DNA from: Vitrella brassicaformis CCMP3155
Taxonomy: Eukaryota; Protista; Chromerida
Reading direction: 5' to 3'
Assembly (NCBI GenBank): GCA_001179505.1
Contig: CDMY01000404.1
Span: forward strand, 21,561-85,560
DNA: 64,000 bases
Part shown: positions 61,188 through 64,000 of the stretch, in pieces
How the letters are laid out: the number at the start of each line of letters is the position of its first letter
Position numbering within the stretch: the first letter of the stretch is position 1
Made by a program: the position numbers and the translations under genes
Notes under the pieces: generated by a model
Told to the model about the DNA's origin: nothing
The model's input: only the letters and a program-made list of their open reading frames with translations
The model's database searches: none

Positions 61188-62202
61188 ATGAAGTCTCTCC
61201 ACCTCAGCGTGGCGGCAGTAGCCGCCCTTGTGTCGATGGTTGGCGCGTTTGTGCCGCCGAGCCTCAGGCCGAGCCGCACTCTGTCGCCGCCACGGACGGC
61301 GCCGAGGATGCAGATCACTGTCGACGACAGGCCGGTAAGGCTTCAGACACCACACACGTCACAGGCAGACGAAGATCACGTGTTGTGGTTGTCTGATCAG
61401 GCTATCAAGACGGCGGCGGCTCCGCGGTGGCGCGTCCAAGCACCGCCCACGACTGCCGTCGACGTGGATGTCGACGTGGGTGTGGGTGTGGGTGTGGAGG
61501 TTGACACAGAGACGGGCGTCAAGACGGGGACGACGACCGACTTTGTCTATCCGGTGCTGACCACTGAGGCGGACGCCATCGACCTGGAGCTGCAGGAGAA
61601 GCAGGCCCTGATGCAGTATGCTGAAGGGTTCACATCCTTCGGCAACAAACTGCTCAACGTGAGAGAGAGAGAGAGAGGGAGAGGGAGGGAGGTTCTCTCT
61701 GTGTCATCCATCCATCCATCCATCCATGTGTGTGTGTCTGGTGGTTGTGTTGTTGTGGTTGTGTGTGTGTGTCAGCTGGGTTGGGTGATCATCGGTTTGG
61801 GTATCTTTTGCGGCGGCATGTGGGCCAAGGATGCGTGGGGGGCCTTCTGGTCGTGGGATCCCAAGGAGACCTCCGCTCTCATCGTCTGGCTCATCTACGC
61901 CGCCTACATACACACCTCCATCATCCCTTCCCTCAAGGTCGGTCAGCACAAGCACAAGACAAGCACAGCACGTCTGCCAACCACACACACAGAGAGAGAG
62001 AAGGCACCACACGCACACGCACACTCACACGCCGGCCTGACTGTCTCCCTCTTTCTCTGTGTGTTTGTGCGGTGCGTGTGTGCAGGGGAGGACGCAGTTT
62101 TGGACGACGCTGATGGGTTTCTTCTCGATATGGCTGTGTTACCTGGGCATCAACTTCCTGCAGTGGGGCATGCACTCGTACGGATTCATCATCCCCGAGT
62201 GA
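61188..62202 (+). CDS. ccsA: Nucleus-encoded, plastid-targeted C-terminal part of cytochrome c biogenesis protein CcsA (4 exons, ~227 aa)
   Basis: Leader MKSLHLSVAAVAALVSMVGA|FVPP. Exons 61188-61334, 61401-61658, 61776-61937 and 62086-62202 give GGMWAKDAWGAFWSWDPKETSALIVWLIYAAYIH and YLGINFLQWGMHSYG, i.e. the WWD domain and two His. Confidence 0.9.
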
Positions 62203-62573
62203 CGTGACCTGACGTGTGTGCAGTGAGTGCAGGGGGCGGGTCCATGTGATGTGGGTGTGGGTGTGTGGGTATGTGTATGTGTATGTGTGTACACAACAAC
62301 GATCTGTGAAGTTTTCCCACCCACTGTGAGAGAGAGAGAGAGAGAGATACAATACATGGCATGGCTGGGGGTCCACGAGCTAATGCTCATGGTGTGGATG
62401 ATGGATGTGTCATGTGACTGGTGATGCGTGCGACGGGCCAAGAGAAGAAGCCGTCGGTTTTTCTGTGTGGAGTGCAGTTGGCTGCATGGCATGATGTGTG
62501 CAGTGGGTGGGGTGGGTGGTGTTGGCCATGTGTGTGACGGGACGTGACGGTGGAGTTTGTTTTGCTAGCTGCC

Positions 62574-63050
62574 TTACCGAGAAGAGATCATTTTTCTCTC
62601 ACTTACACACACAGAGATGGACAGATGGCTGCACTGCACACAGAGGGATGGTTTGGTGGGCTGCGTAGATGCGATCCGCACAGGGCGGCAAGAAGCCCTC
62701 TGCGTCTTTCCCCGTGACACACAGTTGCTGCTCTCGGCGTTGGATGGCGTGGCGGGTGGTAATCGTTGTTGCGTTGTGTGAGACACCACGACGAGGCAGA
62801 CGTTGCCAGCCGGTGCTGCATCCATCGCCGATTTGCGGCAGCCACGCATGAGACAGACCGAGACAGCCTGGTTGATGGCGGATTGCAATGCATTCAACGG
62901 GGGATTTCGCTTCCCTCTTGTTGAATGACGTGTGAGTGTTCGTGGCGAGGCTTGCCTTTTTCTCGAGCAGCTGTTCCTGACCTTCGTGGGAGTCACAGCA
63001 GCGACTGATGGCGCCACGACGGTCGGGCGATGGCGTTCGGGAAAGGACAA
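62574..63050 (-). CDS. Possible hypothetical protein exon
   Basis: 158-aa ORF lying in non-repetitive GC-rich sequence; no recognisable motif. Confidence 0.25.
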   Translation of the reverse strand: MSFPERHRPTVVAPSVAAVTPTKVRNSCSRKRQASPRTLTRHSTRGKRNPPLNALQSAINQAVSVCLMRGCRKSAMDAAPAGNVCLVVVSHTTQQRLPPATPSNAESSNCVSRGKTQRASCRPVRIASTQPTKPSLCVQCSHLSISVCVSERKMISSR

Positions 63051-64000
63051 AGCCCCGCATTACACACCACACCACTCACACCAGGTGTGGGATGGCTTGT
63101 GTTTGACTTGACGCGAACAGACCAACGCTGCAGTGATATCATTGCAATATATATTCACGCACAAGTCACCCACACCCGACAGAAATGGACTGACTCGCGG
63201 CACGAGATAAAATGAGTGAGACATAAGGACAAAGGTGACGGTCGCCACGCCCCACACACACACCCCAGGTATTTGCTACCGGCTGTATCCATGCCGATGC
63301 TGATCACATGATCCATGTGTCGCATAAACAGACAGACAGAGCGACAGGCGGCAGGGACACGCACACGGCGCCACGCGGCACTCCCCCACTCGCCAACTTA
63401 TACACACATGTGTGGAGGCAGATAATCAAGAAAGAATAGAATAGCCGCCAACTCTCCTCCCCTCCCTCTCCCATTCCCCTTCTCCTCCCCTTCCTCAGAG
63501 CGATGGATTGAAGCCTTCCACTGCCACTGCCACTAACGTTCGTTTGTGTCTCCAGACAGAAGTGGATGTAAGAGTGTAGGCGCCTACATGCTATGAGAGT
63601 CGAGTGGACTGGGATACGCACACAGTTTCATTTTCGGTTTGCGAGAGTCCATCGATCATCCACAGATACACGCAAGACAGCATGAACGTCCTTGAGAGCC
63701 TCAGAATGGCCCGCCCGCCTAGGCAGCCCTATTCGTTGACCTGTCTGATCTGCCGAGCCCGATACTCACCCTATTCTCTCTAGCCGCGACTGGCTGCCCC
63801 CGTATCGGTGGTTAGGGGGTAGCTCAGATCCTTTCCGACAAAAGTAAAAAATAACCGCGCAGATGGTGTGATTCAATCGGGTGTAGTGACCGGGGGTCCA
63901 CTCGCAAACGTCGAGAATCTCGACATGCAGGCCCCATTTCGCATGTGACCCCCATATAATGAAATTGCAGAAAGGCAGCCCACCCAGATTGTGTGACACC

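Noticed and set aside
338-63999. Most ORF-track entries rich in CVCV, THTH, RQTD or ERER
   Set aside because: They are translations of intronic or intergenic microsatellites, or antisense shadows of GC-rich exons.
1-64000. tRNA, rRNA or snRNA genes
   Set aside because: None recognisable by eye; no covariance-model search was possible.

Overview
Intron-rich eukaryotic nuclear DNA. Short GT-AG introns filled with microsatellites, plastid-targeted genes with bipartite leaders and a RAP-domain gene suggest a photosynthetic alveolate (chromerid, most likely Vitrella-like); this is an inference. About 20 spliced genes or pseudogenes were reconstructed by hand. Recognisable ones: TPR + 2OG-Fe(II) oxygenase, triple CCCH zinc finger, BTB protein, nucleoplasmin-like protein, RAP protein, thylakoid cyclophilin, importin-alpha-derived ARM protein, RING protein, GSK3, and a nuclear plastid-targeted C-terminal part of CcsA. 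Lineage-specific F-box-like families are also present, including a decaying four-copy array at 42-56 kb. Main leads: (1) a half-length nuclear ccsA, possibly a split gene; (2) a telo-box-like 31-bp inverted-repeat element that is intact at 56.0 kb but split by a 1.66-kb RING-gene block at 50.0-51.7 kb; (3) three clustered CAG>TAG changes in one duplicated copy; (4) an inverted segmental duplication in which the ARM gene block is present in only one copy. There are two 300-N assembly gaps. All gene models are manual and unconfirmed by transcripts.
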